This document shows positions 47,211 to 60,527 of a DNA stretch of 64,000 nucleotides, in pieces. Position numbers and translations under genes: made by a program. How positions within the stretch are numbered: position 1 is the first letter of the stretch; each line of letters begins with the position of its first letter. The notes under the pieces are model-generated. The model worked only from the letters and a program-made list of their open reading frames with translations. It made no database searches and had not been told where the DNA came from. This DNA comes from Mobula hypostoma (lineage: Eukaryota). The stretch covers positions 21,764,001 to 21,828,000 of the forward strand of contig NC_086097.1 of the NCBI RefSeq assembly GCF_963921235.1. The letters run 5' to 3'.

Positions 47211-50200
47211 ATGCATTTAAAGAAGCGGCAGATGCAATACAGTGTCGGGAGGTGCTTGGTCATGCACTTTGGTAGAAGCAGTAAAAGTATAGACTACTTT
47301 CTAGATGGAGGGAAAATTCAAAAATTCGAGGTGCAAAGGGACTTGGGAGTCCTCGTGCAGGACTCTTTAAAGGTTAATTTGCAGGTTGAGTCAGAGGTGC
47401 GGAAGGCAAATGCGATATTAGCATACATTTTGATAGAACTAGAATATAAAAGCAAGGGTGTTATGTTGAGGCTTCATAAAGTACTGTTGAGGCCACACTT
47501 GGAGTATTGTGAGCAGTTTTAGGACCCTTATCTATGAAAGATGCTGAAGATGGGTCTTGGCCTGAAACATCAACTTTTACTCATTTTTGTAGATACTGCC
47601 TGACCTGCTGGGTTCCTCCTGCATTTTGTGTGTGTTGCTAAGAAAGGATGTGCTGAAAATGGAGAGGGCTCAAATGAAGTTCATGAAAATGATTCCAAGA
47701 TTGAAAGGCTTGTCATATGAGAAGCGTTTGATGGCTCTGGGCCTGTACTCAATGAAATTCAGAAAAACAGGGGGTCACCTCAGAGAAACCTATCGAATGT
47801 AGAAGGGCCTCGATACAGTGGATGTGGAGAGGATGTTTCCTATGGTGAGGGAGTCCAAGACCAGAGGACACAGCCTCAGTATAGAGGGTCGTCCTTTTAG
47901 ACTGGAGATGAGGGGTAATTTCTTTAGCCAGAGAGTGGCGAATCTGTGGAATTTGTTGTCACAGGCGACTGTAGAGGCCAAGTCATTTAAGGCGGAGGTT
48001 GATACATTCTTGAGTAATCAGGGCATTGGGAAATGAACCTGGTAAGGTGTCAGATCTCTCAGTGGGAGAGCATTTTGGAGATAGTGATCATAATTCTATC
48101 TCCTTTACAATAGCATTGCAGAGAGATAGGAACAGACAAGTTAGAAAAGCATTTAATTGGAGTAAGGGGAATTATGAGGCTATCAGGCAGGAAATTGGAA
48201 GCTTATATTGGAAACAGACGTTCTCAGGGAAAAGTACAGAAGAAATGTGGCGAACGTTCAGGGGATATTTGTGTGGAGTTCTGCATCGGTACATTCCAAT
48301 GAGACAGGGAAGTTATGGTAGGGTACAGGAACCGTGGTGTACAAAGGCTGTAATAAATCTAGTCAAGAAGAAAAGAAAAGCTTACAAAAGGTTCAGAGAG
48401 CGAGGTAATGTTAGAGATCTAGAAGATTATAAGGCTAATAGGAAGAAGCTTAAGAGGGAAATTAGGAGAGCCAGAAGGGGCCATGAGAAGGCCTTGGCAG
48501 ACAGGATTAAGGAAAACCCCAAGGCATTCTACAAGTATGTGGAGCAAGAGGATAAGACGTGAAAGAATAGGATGTATCAAGTGTAACAGTGGGAAAGTAT
48601 GTATGGAACTGGAAGAAATAGCAGAGGTACTTAATGAATACTTTACTTCAGTATTCACTATGGAAAAGGATCTTGGTGATTGTAGTGATGACTTGCAGCA
48701 GACTGAAAAGTTTGAGCATGTAGATATTAAGAAAGAGGATGTGCTGGAGCTTTTGGAAAGTATCAAGTTGGATAAGTCATTGGGACCGTGTGAGATGTAC
48801 CTCAGGCTACTGTGGGAGGTGAGGGAGGAGATTGCTGAGCCTCTGGTGATGATCTTTGCGTCATCAATGAGGACGGGAGAGGTTCCGGAGGATTGGAGGG
48901 TTGTGGATGTTGTTCCTTTATTAAGAAAGTGTGTAGAGATAGCCCAAGAAATTATAGACCAGTGAGTTTTACCTCAGTGGTTGGTAAGTTGATGGAGAAG
49001 ATCCTGAGAGGCAGGATTTATGAACATTTGGAGAGGTATAATATGATTAGGAATAGTCAACATGGCTTTGTCAAGGGCAGGTCAGCCTTACGAGCCTGAT
49101 TGAATTTTTTGAGGATGTGACTAAACACATTGATAAAGGAAGAGCAGTAGATGTAGCGTATATGGATTTCAGCAAGGCATTTGATAAGGTACCCCATGCT
49201 AGGCTTATTGAGAAAGTAAAGAGGCATGGGATCCAAGGGGACATTGCTTTGTGGATCCAGAACTGGCTTGCCCACAGAAGGCAAAGGTGGTTGTAGACAG
49301 GTCATATTCTGCATGGAGGTCGGTGACCAGTGGAGTGCCTCAGGGATCTGTTCTGGGACCCTTACTCTTCGTGATTTTTATAAATGACCTGGATGAGGAA
49401 GTGGAAGGATGGTTTAATAAGTTTGCTGATGACACAAATGTTGGAGGTGTTGTGAATAGTGTAGAGAGCTGTCAGAGATTACAGTGGGACATTGATAGGA
49501 TGCAAAACTGGGCTGAGCAGTGGCAGATGGAGTTCAACCCAGATAAGTGTGAGGTGGTTCATTTTAGTAGGTCAAATATGATGGCAGAATACTGTGATTA
49601 AGAAGGCATACGGTGTATTGGCCTTCATTAATCGTGGAATTGAATTTAGGAGCCGAGAGGTAATGTTGCAGCTATATAGGACCCTGGTCAGATCCCACTT
49701 GGAGTACTATGCTCAGTTCTGGTCGCCTCAATACAGGAAGGATGTGGAAGCCATAGAAAGGGTGCAGATGACATTTACAAGGATATTGGCTGGATTGGGG
49801 AGCATGCCTTATGAGAATAGGTTGAGTGAACTCGGCCTTTTCTCCTTGGAGCAACAGAGGATGAGAGGTGACCTGATAGAGGTGTATAAGATGATGAGAG
49901 GCATTGATCGTGTGGATAGTCAGAGGCTTTTTCCCCCCCGGGATGAAATGATTGCCAAAAGAGGACACAGGTTTAAGGTGCTGGGGAGTAGATACAGAGG
50001 AGATGTCAGGGGTAAGTTTTTTCACTCAGAGAGTGGTGAGTGCGTGGATTGGGCTGCCGGCAACGGTGGTGGAGGTGGATACGATAGGGTCTTTTAAGAG
50101 ACTTTTGGATAGGTACATGGAGCTTAGAAAATTAGAGGGCTATAGGTAAGCCTAGTAATTTCTAAGGTAGGGATGTGTTCGGCACAACTTTGTGGGCCGA

Positions 50201-50357
50201 AGGGCCTGTATTGTACTGTAGGTTTTCCATGTTTCTATGAATGGATATGAGGAGAAGGCAGGAAATTGGGACTGAGAGGGAAGATGGATTAGCCCTGATG
50301 AGATGGAAGAACAGACTCAATGGGCCAAATGGCCTAATTCTGTTCCTATATCTTAAG
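47211..50357 (+). mobile_element. CR1 (outer copy: 47211-48025 and 50238-50357) containing nested inserts
   Basis: Peptides RDLGVLVQDSLKVNLQV...LRPHLEYCEQF and FFSQRVANLWNLL. Its 3' UTR (cagggcat|gaatggatatgaggagaagg) is split by the inner CR1. Confidence 0.8.
48026..50237 (+). mobile_element. CR1 LINE (inner copy, about 2.2 kb): endonuclease end, RT, 3' end; frameshifted with an internal deletion near 49590
   Basis: Motifs HFGDSDHNSISF, NYRPVSFTSVVGKLMEKI, SQHGFVKGRS, SGVPQGSVLGPLLFVIFINDLD, KFADDT and LVRSHLEYYAQFWSP; ccatgtttctat tail. Confidence 0.92.
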
Positions 50358-50691
50358 GTATGTATGTACGTATGCATTCATTTTGCACAGAAAATGAACC
50401 TCAGGGTTGTATATAGTGATATTGTCATCATCATCATTATTATGTGCATGTCGTATGATGTGGGTGATCATGGTCTTTCCAAGACCATGATTGTTCTTGG
50501 CAATAGGCTGACATATACGTACTTTGGTAATAAATTTACGTTGAACTTTGAAATGGGAGTTTTCTGGCGTAAGTTTTATATCTAGATTTGAAGTATAAAG
50601 CAAAATCAATTTTTTGGATTTTTTTTTAGATGGATTGATGTTCAGTTGCAATTGTTATCTGGACTTCCTTTTAATTCTTGGTTTTGTTCAG

Positions 50692-50889
50692 ACCCTGACA
50701 GACGAGTTCCGTCTGGATTATTGCCGTCTGTGGCGCTCTCTAATCAAAACCGACATGAAGGGCATTGAGACGTACAGCCGACGGCTGGGAGCTGGCGATT
50801 TGTATCCACTCTTTGCCTGCATGATAACAGCCAGATCCTGGGCATCCATAAGCAAAGGAATTGACCAAGTACCAGTCAGCGAAAACGAG
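50692..50889 (+). CDS. ADCK1: ADCK1 next coding exon (198 nt, phase 0/0): TLTDEFRLDYCRLWRSLIKTDMKGIETYSRRLGAGDLYPLFACMITARSWASISKGIDQVPVSENE
   Basis: Acceptor ttcttggttttgttcag| and donor GAG|gtgagc. In frame with the previous exon and continues the recalled ADCK1 sequence (LTEEFRLNYC..W..LI..DM...LGAGDLYPLFACMLTARSW). Confidence 0.95.
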
Positions 50890-53800
50890 GTGAGCAATAC
50901 TTGAGAAAGTTTATGATTGGCCTTTAACACGGCATTGACAAGATGCTTCAATGATCCAGATCTACTCAACTGTAAGTAAAACCTTTGCTATATTCACATT
51001 GAAATCCTGATTCGTTGCTATGTGTATTAAGTCCTACTGCAGCAATAGAGCACAAACATCTAAGCTTAAAGATGAACTGAAAACAATTAACTGACGGTAC
51101 ACAATGCCCCTTGCTGTACAGAGTGAGTGTTGCGTTGGTGACGGGACTGCTGATTGGATGAGATAGAAAACTGAGGCTCTTGTCTGCCAATCGAATGAAA
51201 CTCTTTCAAAAATGTGCAGAGAGACATTAACCTTGGTCTGGTAGCATTTCTCCCTCAGCCGTTCTGTCAACCAAGTTGTCCGTCATTGTTTTAAAATCAT
51301 ATTTGAGGATTTCTGGCTAGCAAGGCCAGCATTTATTGTGCATCCCTAAGATTTTTTAAGTAATTGGGGCCTTGGGCTCCTGCTGATGTTGGGGCCCTTG
51401 CTTTGCACAATTTGGCTGCCCTACTTGCCAGGCTTCAAAAGCACTTCACATGCTTCATATAAGGATCAGGAAGAGTATGGTAGAAATGCCAAGTCATTGT
51501 TTTAACCCAGCAGTGGTGCTTTCTTGGCAGAATTATGACTTGGAACGGGGAGCAATGAGAAAGTGCTTTTTTATTCGAGGCTGTATGTCAGACCCAACTG
51601 TGAATCTTACGCACTGCTTGAAACTCAGAAACCTTGCCTACTAGCAAACAGGCCTCCACACTGAAGCTGCCATTATAATGTAGTGCTACAGGTACTCCCT
51701 GCATTACTATGGTTGTCACAGATGTCACTGATGTTGTACAAACTCATTATCCTTTTAACCCTGCCTCTTGGATAGCTGACTTTGACTGTAGAGTTGCGGA
51801 TGCAGAGCTGTGCAATACTATCTGACCAATTGCAGTGGCTTTCAGCTTTGTTCTGGGTGAATTCTGATTCTGAAGCAGATTGAACAAACTTTTTGTTTTC
51901 CTTCTCCTAATCTGACCCACATATTACCACCAACTGAAGCATTAAGATAAAGAAAGCCACACATCTGCGTGTGTTATTTTAGGGTGAAATGAATGAGATT
52001 TATGGATGAAGTGAGATTAGTCAAAAATAGCAATAGCCATATTGTCCAGTTTCTGTACTATATTAGGATATAAAAGGGGCAAATGGATCTGCCTGTAAGA
52101 CCTTCTAACAGGCCAGTGCTCAGGCAGCATTATGTAAAGGCCTCAGGTTCCCTTGACTGACACCTTGCAGGAAATGATATATGTATGTATGAATTAAAGA
52201 CCACTCGGCCCCTCAAGCCTGGTCTTTAACTTCTACTCTGCATTCTCATTGAAATACAGTAACCCTTATTTATCAGAATCAAATTTATTATCACTGACAT
52301 ATGACCTATGTCGTGAAGTTTGTTGTTTTGCAGCAGCAGTACAGTGCCACACAAAAATACTTTAGGTTACAATAAAATAGATATAAAAATGTGGTGTAAA
52401 AAGAGAACAAAATAGAGAAGAAATGTCAAAGGACCTTTCAGCAATCTGATGGCAGAGGGGAAGAAGTTATCTTCCTACCTCTGGGTCAGAACTTTTCAAT
52501 AATTTCTTTCACTGGACCTTAAGGAAGAGAATTCCAAAGACTCATAACCCTTGAGAAAAATATTTTGCTTTATTGTTGTCTTAAGTAGGCTACCCCTTAT
52601 CCTTAATCAGCCCTCCTTGGTTTAGATTCTCTTAGAAGATGGAACATTCTCTCTGCATCCACCCAGTCGAGACTCCTCAGGCTCTTGCACTTTCCAATCA
52701 CATCAGAAGGTCAACTTTGTGGGCCTCCTTCTCTTGGATCACGAGTCAGATCTATGGGTTAGGAGTGTGATAAGATTGGTATGTCACCAAAGACTTTAGG
52801 AAATCTCTACAGATGTACTATGGAGAGCATTCTAACTGGTTGCATCACCGCCTGATATGGAGGTATCACTGCACAGGATCATTGCAAACTCAGCCAGCTC
52901 ATCATGGGCATTGCCCCCCCAAATATGAAGTCACTGTCAAAAGGTGATGCCTCAAAAAGGCAGCATCTATCATGAAGGACCCCCCACCCAGGACATGCTC
53001 TCTCCTCATTGCTATCATCAAAGAGGAGGTACAGAAGCCTGAAGACATAGACTCGACATTTCAAGAATATCTTCTTCCATTTCACCATCAGATTTCTGAA
53101 TGGACAATGAATCCATGTACACTAACTTGCTATTTTTTTCTGCTTTTGATCTCTTTTTGAATTACTTATCAAATTATTTTATATATATTCCTTATAATAA
53201 TTTGTAGTTTTCATCATTGTGTATTGCAATGTTCTGCTACTGTAGAACAAGTTTCACGACATGTGCTGGTGGTAATAAGCCCAATTCTGATTCTGAAAGT
53301 GGCCACTGAGTGTATGTGCCAAAGTGTGAGCTGATCATACACAAAGCAAGCCCGATCCAACCCAGCTCATTGCTGCTAGTCTCATTCATCAGTAAAGTGG
53401 TGGAACCCATTGGCCACCTACCATATAACCTACACATCAGTACCCAATTTGTGTTTCACCAGGACCACTTGGCTCTAGACCTCATCACAGCCTTGGTCCA
53501 GACATGAACCGAAGTACTGAATTCTGGAGGGGAGGTGAAAGGAACCACCATTGACATCAGGGCAACATTTGTTCAGGTGTGGCATCAAGTAGAAAGCACT
53601 TAGATAGGAACATTGAAAGGGCAGGTTCTGGCAGAATATAGGATGGACACAGGAAATCGGGGCTAGTTTCGAGAGCATCATGGATGAGTCGGGCCAGTGG
53701 ACCTGTACCCTTGCTGTATTGCTCTGTGACTCCAAGAAATCCTGATAAAACTGAAGTCAGTGGATACCCAGTGGTTGGAGTCAAACCATGCACAAAGAAA

Positions 53801-56671
53801 AACAAGAAACACACAAAATGCTTGAGGAACTCAGCAAGGTTAGGCATCTTCTATAGGGGAAATGAACACTTGATATTTTGGGCCGAGACCCTTCACCACG
53901 ACTGGAAAGGAAGGAGGCAAAAGCCAAAATACAAAGCTTCTTACTTCATCTCCCTTCCCACCTTCCGGCTGGTATTCCTTCCTTTCCCCCACCTTTTCGT
54001 TCTGGCTTCTGCCCCCCCTTACTTGCCAGTGCTTGCGCAATGTCTGTACATCATTCCTGCCAGTGTACTATCTTAATCCTTTCTTTGTTGCACCTTCTAA
54101 AGATACAGTAGGTATCCTGTGTCTGATCGTGGCATCGTTGACAGGAGTTCAGTGTGTGATGGAATACTTCCCACTGGCCTGGATGAATGCACTTCCACCA
54201 ACACAGGGCAACACATCCGACTTGACTGGTATTCCACCCGCCACCATTCCCTACACACCAGAGAACTGTGGATACCATCTACAACATGCACTGCAGTTAC
54301 TTGCTTGGGCTTGTTTTACCCTGATAGCATCTAACAGACCTATGACCTCTGGCACCACAACACACAGGGGCCAGCAGGCAAATGGGAGCATTAACATGTT
54401 CCTCTGCAGGTCATATACCATAAAAATCATATACACTTCTGAACAACCATTGATAGCTTCACTCACCTCAACAATGAATTGACTCCATAATATATCAAAT
54501 TACTTTCAAGGACTCTACAACTCATGTTCTCAGTTTTTATCTATCTACCTATTTATCTGTTCATTTATCAATTTTTGAGATTCAAAAATTCAAAGCACAT
54601 TTATTATCAAAGAATATATAAAATTATACAACTTGAGATTTGTCTGCTTGCAGGCAGCCACAAAATCAAGGGACCCAAATAACACAATTTAAAAAAAAGA
54701 CCAAAAACCACTGCTCAGAGAAAGAGAGAAAAAAAAACACAAATCATGCAACATGCACACCAATAGCACTCTGAACCAGACTCCCCAGGACCGCTCCCAG
54801 AGCAGCTGCAGTCGGCCCAATCCTCAGCCCCAACTCATCACACCAGCGGAGCAAAAACGCACAACAGCCACAGCAGTTCACAGAACCACAGAGAAGGAAT
54901 GAACATTCGTGGGAGAGTGGGTGAAATCAGCCCAACCCTATTTATTTATCTGTCCTATTATTTATCTACAGTATTTATTGATTAATTGAGCGATTGATTG
55001 TATTTGCACAGTTTGTCCTCTTTCACACATTGATTACTTATCAGTCTTTGTGTGGAGCTTTTCATTGATTCTATTGTATTTTATTGTATTGTCATACTGT
55101 GAATGCCTGCAAGAAAATGAATCTCAGGGTAGTATATGGTGACATCCATATACTTTGATAATAAATTTACTTTGAACTTTGATGCTGACTGGGAAGTACA
55201 TCACCATTCCTTCATTATCACTGGGTCTCGTCCTGGATCTCCCTCCCCAGTAGAATAATGTGCCTCCCTTCAACAGAGGACTGCAGTGATCTAAGCAAGC
55301 GACTCGCCACCGTCTCCTGAAGGGCATTTGGGAATGCTGCAACCCTCCCAAAAATGAATCAGTCAAATCTCTCTTCCAAGAGCATTGCCCCATGGATCTT
55401 GATGGAATTTTGCTGTGGCAAACTTGAGGTTATTAAATGATGAGAGCATGTGTATCTCTTGGTCTGCAGTGTCTCTTTCTGATTGATAAGCATTGCTTGA
55501 GAAACATTGTGTCCTGAAACGTTGGGAACACAACCTCCTTTAGGGACCTTTTCTGCAAGAATGGGTCTTCTCAATAAATCAGTATGCAATGTGCCTGTCC
55601 CAGACAGACAGGCACACTGCGACTGGATGAGAGTTTTAGCTCTTCATTGACTTTCTGACCACTTCAGGAGTCTGCAGCGAGCATTGTGGTGACTGGCTCG
55701 TTCTCTTCCTCATAAATTGATTTTGCTTTGGACAGAGTTATCTGCAGCAAAGCAGCGCATTGTGAGTTCATTAAAACATCAATAGCAATAAAAGAAGTAA
55801 CCCTTTCTTGGCAGAGAGAGAAAGGTAGACTGCAAAGAGTGCTGAAGTCAGAAGCTGAGCATCTATAGACCTAGGGATAAGAGAGGTAGAGCCAGTACAG
55901 ATAGAGCTGTTAAATAAAAGCACACTACCACAAATGCAGGAAATCTGAAAATTAACCAGAAAAGTGATGGAAATAACTTGCAGTTCAGGCAGCATCTGTG
56001 GAGACAGAGGCAGATAAAAACTGTCAAGCCAATAACATGTCAGGACAATAACAACTATGGAAAGTTAAGCAATTTTTATTTTGCAGGGAAAGGAGGAAGG
56101 AGAGAGGCCAAAAAGGAAGGTCAGTGACCCAGGGTTCCAAGTTCCAAGTAAATTTATTATTAAAGTACATATGCAAATATCGCCATGTACAACCCTGAGA
56201 TTCGGTGCAAGGTGAGAGAGACTGAATGGCAAAAGGCACATAGGTACAAGGTCAGTGAGTCATAGAAAAGTACAGCACAGAAACTTGCCCTTCAAGCCAT
56301 CTAGTCCATGCCAAACCATTTAAATTGCCTACTCCCATCAACCTGCACCAGGGACCACAGCCCTCCATAACCCTACCATCCAGAATAGCAATCAACAGAA
56401 GAGAATCAGGCAGAAGATAGAAATGCCTGAGAATACCTACCCCCCAGTCTCAAGGGTCCATGAACCCATGAAAAATACCTCATTATTCCTTTTTTTGTTT
56501 GTGTAATTTACAATAATATTATGTTTTTACACTGTACTTGATCAGCAAGGTGATCAGATAGGTGAGTGATAATAAATCTGATTTGGACTCTGTGATTCTG
56601 AAGAACAACTTCTACCCTGCACCTTTTATGTCCTAAAGATGAACACTTTGTCTCTTCGTCTATCTCTTAGC

Positions 56672-59600
56672 CCATCAGACATCGGAGCAGAATTAGGCCA
56701 TTTGTTCATGCTCAATTTATTTTTACTCTCAACCCCATTCTCCTGCTTTCTCCACAAAAACTTTGACGTCCTTAATAATTAAATACATATCAACCTCCTC
56801 TTTAAATATACCCAATGACTTGGCCTCCGCAACTGTCTGTGACAATGAATTCCACAGATTCACCACCCTCTGACTGAGGAAAATTCCCTCTCATCTCTGT
56901 TCTAAAGGAACATCCTTCTATTCTGAGGCTGTGACCTCTCCCATTATTAGAAACATCATCTCCATGTCCACTCTATCTAGGCCTTTCAATATTTGGTAGG
57001 TTTCAATGAGATCGCCCCAGCATTCTTCTAAACTCTCACAAGTACAGGCCCAGAACCATCAAATGCTCCCCATACATTAATCCTTTCAATGTCCTCTGGA
57101 CCCCTTCCAATGCCAGCACATCCTTTCTGAGATAAGGGCCTAAAGTGGCTCACAATGTTCCATGCGGTCTGACCAATGCCTTCTAAAGCCACGTTGTGAC
57201 CCTTGAAGCTGCCTGCACTGCACTTTCTCTGTAACTGCAACTCTATACTCTGGCATCCTGTTTTTCCATTTTATACTTCTGCAATGTACTTAGATATGGA
57301 ATAATCCATATGAATGGCAGACTAACAAATGCTTTTCACTGTAACTTGGTACATAGGACAATAATAGACCAGTTATAAAAGGATGGAGGCTGCGACATGA
57401 TATTCAGTGTGCTGTTGTCTCGTTCACTGAGATCATGATGGGTCTTTTACCTCAGTGTCACTTTGTTGGACTGGCTCCATGTTCCTTGACATCTAAAAAT
57501 CTGTACATCATAAGACATAGGAACAGAATTAAGCCACTCGGCCCATCAAGTCTGCTCCACCAGTCCATCATAGCTGATTTATTATTTCAACCCCGTTCTC
57601 CTGCTTTCTCCCCATAACCTCTAACCCCTTACTAATCAAGAAGCTATCTATAATATACTGCTTTAATATACCCAATCATTTGGCTTCCGCAGTTGTCTGT
57701 GGCAATGAATTCCTCAGATTCGCCAACCTCTGGCTAAGGAAATTTCTCCTCACTTCTGTTTTAAAGGGATGTCCTTCTAGTCTGAGGCCTCTGGTTCTAG
57801 ACCCCCCCACTTTAGAAAACATCCTCTCCATTCGATCTAGGCCTTTCAGTATTCAATAGGTTTCAATGAGATCCCCACTCGTTTTTCTAAACTCCAGCAA
57901 GTGCAGGCCCAGAGCCATCAAGTGGTCCTCATATGTTAACCCTTTAATTCCCAGAATAATTTTCATGAACCTCCTCTGCACCCTATAATGTGATGTAAAA
58001 GAACAAATAGGCTAGTTTAAGGAAAGTGTAATTGAGAATCCCTATCCAGGTTCTGTAGTATTTAAAGGTAACCTTTTGAAGGGTATTGGGTATATGCCAG
58101 AGAGGGGAAAGTTGCTGGGTTATGAGAAGTAAAGGGCAATAGGACTAAGATTTCAGAGAACCAGCAGCAGGGTAATGGGCTAAGTGGCCTTTTTCTATGC
58201 TGCATTATTCTGTGATTCTACAAGGTCAGTGCAACCCTGATCCTCTTTATTGGGATTGATTAGCTAGTAAAAAATAGGCGCAAAAAAATCAGAGAAAGGA
58301 CTGCTGTTTTCTTTTGTGTTTTATTAGTCCTTTTAAAAACTGGCTGCACATAATGATGAAGCAACGATTGAGTCATTTCCCCTGTCTGTCATCTCTGGCA
58401 ACCACACTGCTATAAGTGGCTAAGATTGATTTTATGGACATAATTTCTGTGTAACTAACTTCCACACGTGCCTTCAAGTTTCAGTGATTACGATGGTCAC
58501 TGAAACATAAAGACAAATAACTGTTGACACAGGAGATTCTGCAGATGCTGGAAATGAACAACACACACAGAATGCTGGAGGAAATTAGGAGGTCAGGGAG
58601 CATCTGTGGTGAGAAATCGACGATGTTTCGGGCCGAAACTACTCAGGGTATTGGCTCGAAACATCAACAGTTTATTTCCCTCCATAGATGCTGTCTGATC
58701 TTTTGAGTTTCTGCAGCATTTTGTGTGTGTGTAGACAAAAGATTGTTTATGAGACCAACCATTAAATTGCAAATTACAGCTCATCACGTTATACGAAGAA
58801 CATTAGAACATTACAGCACAGTAAAGGCCTTTCGGCCCATGATTTTGTACCAACATTTTACCCTGCTCTATGATGAATCTAATCCTTCCCTCTCACATAG
58901 CCCTCCATTCTTCTATCATCCTAGAGATTTTTTTTAAATGTTCCTAATGCCTCCACAGCACTCCTGGCAAGGCATTCCACACACCTACTATTCTCTTTAA
59001 AAAAAAATCTCCTCAGACATCGCCTCTATACGTACCCCCCCATCACCTTACAATTCTGCCGCATCGTATTAACCAATCTTGGCCTCTTATCACCTTGTAC
59101 GCCTATATCAGTTCACCCCTTGTACTCTTTTGCTCCAAGGACCAAACCCCTAGCTCACTCAAACTAACCTCATAAGATAGGCCTCTCCACCACAGCAGCT
59201 CATAAGTCAGATGCACGGCTGCGAACCAAGTTGCCATAGAACAGAACTCGCGGCCTGGCAACGCTCGACAAATCCATGGCATCAGTCTCCCAGACACTCG
59301 TTTGTGTATATGGGCTGTATATAAGACCAAGTAGCCGTAAGACAAAGAAGCAGAATTAGGCCCGATGGCCCACTGAGTCTGCTCCGCCATTCATCATGGC
59401 AGATTTATTTTCTTTCTCAGCCTCCTACTTTCTCCACATAACACTTGACGCCCTTACAAATTTTACTAAGCAAGAACCTATCAAGCTCTGCTTTAAATAT
59501 ACCCAGTGACTTGGCCTCCATTGCCATCTGTGGCAAGGAATTCCACAGATTCACCACCCTCCAGCTAAAGAAATTCCTTCTCCTCTGTTCTAAAAGTATT

Positions 59601-59680
59601 TCCTTCTGTCCGAGTCCTGGGCCCCTCTACCATAGGAAACACCCTCTGCATGTCCAGACTATCTCGGTTTTTCATTATTT
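56672..59680 (-). mobile_element. Cluster of minus-strand CR1 3' fragments (about 56672-57185, 57508-57990, 58797-59180, 59335-59680)
   Basis: Each begins with the reverse-complement tail (agacat..ggagcagaattaggcc or agaacatt) and contains the reverse-complement WNSLP region. Confidence 0.75.
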
Positions 59681-60527
59681 GGTGGTCATAAACTGGGTAT
59701 GATCTGCCAACTGTATATTTTACTAACAAAATAAACTAAATGAATGTGCATTAAAATCAAATGGAAAGGAGGGTAGTTAGCATTAGGAATTTAACCTGAG
59801 ATATGGACTGTGCTGGTCACTGGCGGGTCGTCAATGTTTCTGTCTGGAGATGACTACTCAGTTGGAACAACAGAGCACAGGGGCTCACTCATCAGCTGGG
59901 TTTAGTCTCCTGTCAGGTGAATGGGACAGAAATTTAGCTGGAACAATCAGCATGAACTCAGTGTCACACAGCTAGTGTGCCTGAGGAGTTTACTTCGAAG
60001 TGACAGTACGTAGAACACAGGGAACAGGCCTTTTGGCCCATGAAGTCTACGCCAAACCTAATGCCAAATTAAACTAAATATTTTCTACTTGAACGTAATC
60101 CCTACCCCTCCATTCCCTGAACATTAATTTATCTGTCTAAAAGCCTCTCAAATGCCACTTTTGTATCTGCTAACACCCATCACCCCAGAAGCCCACCACT
60201 CCGTAAAAAAAAACTCGCTTCACACATCTCCTTTAAACTTTCCCCCCTCACCTAAAATGCATGTCCTCTAATATTTGACATTTCAAAGCTGGGACAAAGA
60301 TTTTGACTGCCCACTTTGTATGTCAGAATTTTCTGTCCAGTCTCCCCTGAGTCACTGATGCTCCGAAGAAGGCGGTCCAAGTTAGCACTACCTCTAAACA
60401 TATGGGTTTAATCTGGGAAGAGCTCGTCGGAATCCAGGCTAGGGCACAGAGTTTAAGAAAGTGAGCCTTCAGTGACTTGCCCAGTGTGCTGCTTTATTTT
60501 GAAGCTCAACACATCGTTGTGCTTATT

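Larger units (their letters stand above)
26134..50691 (+). other. ADCK1: ADCK1 intron (24,558 nt, GT-AG, phase 0)
   Basis: Bounded by the two exons above; starts GTAAGC and ends TTCAG. Confidence 0.85.
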
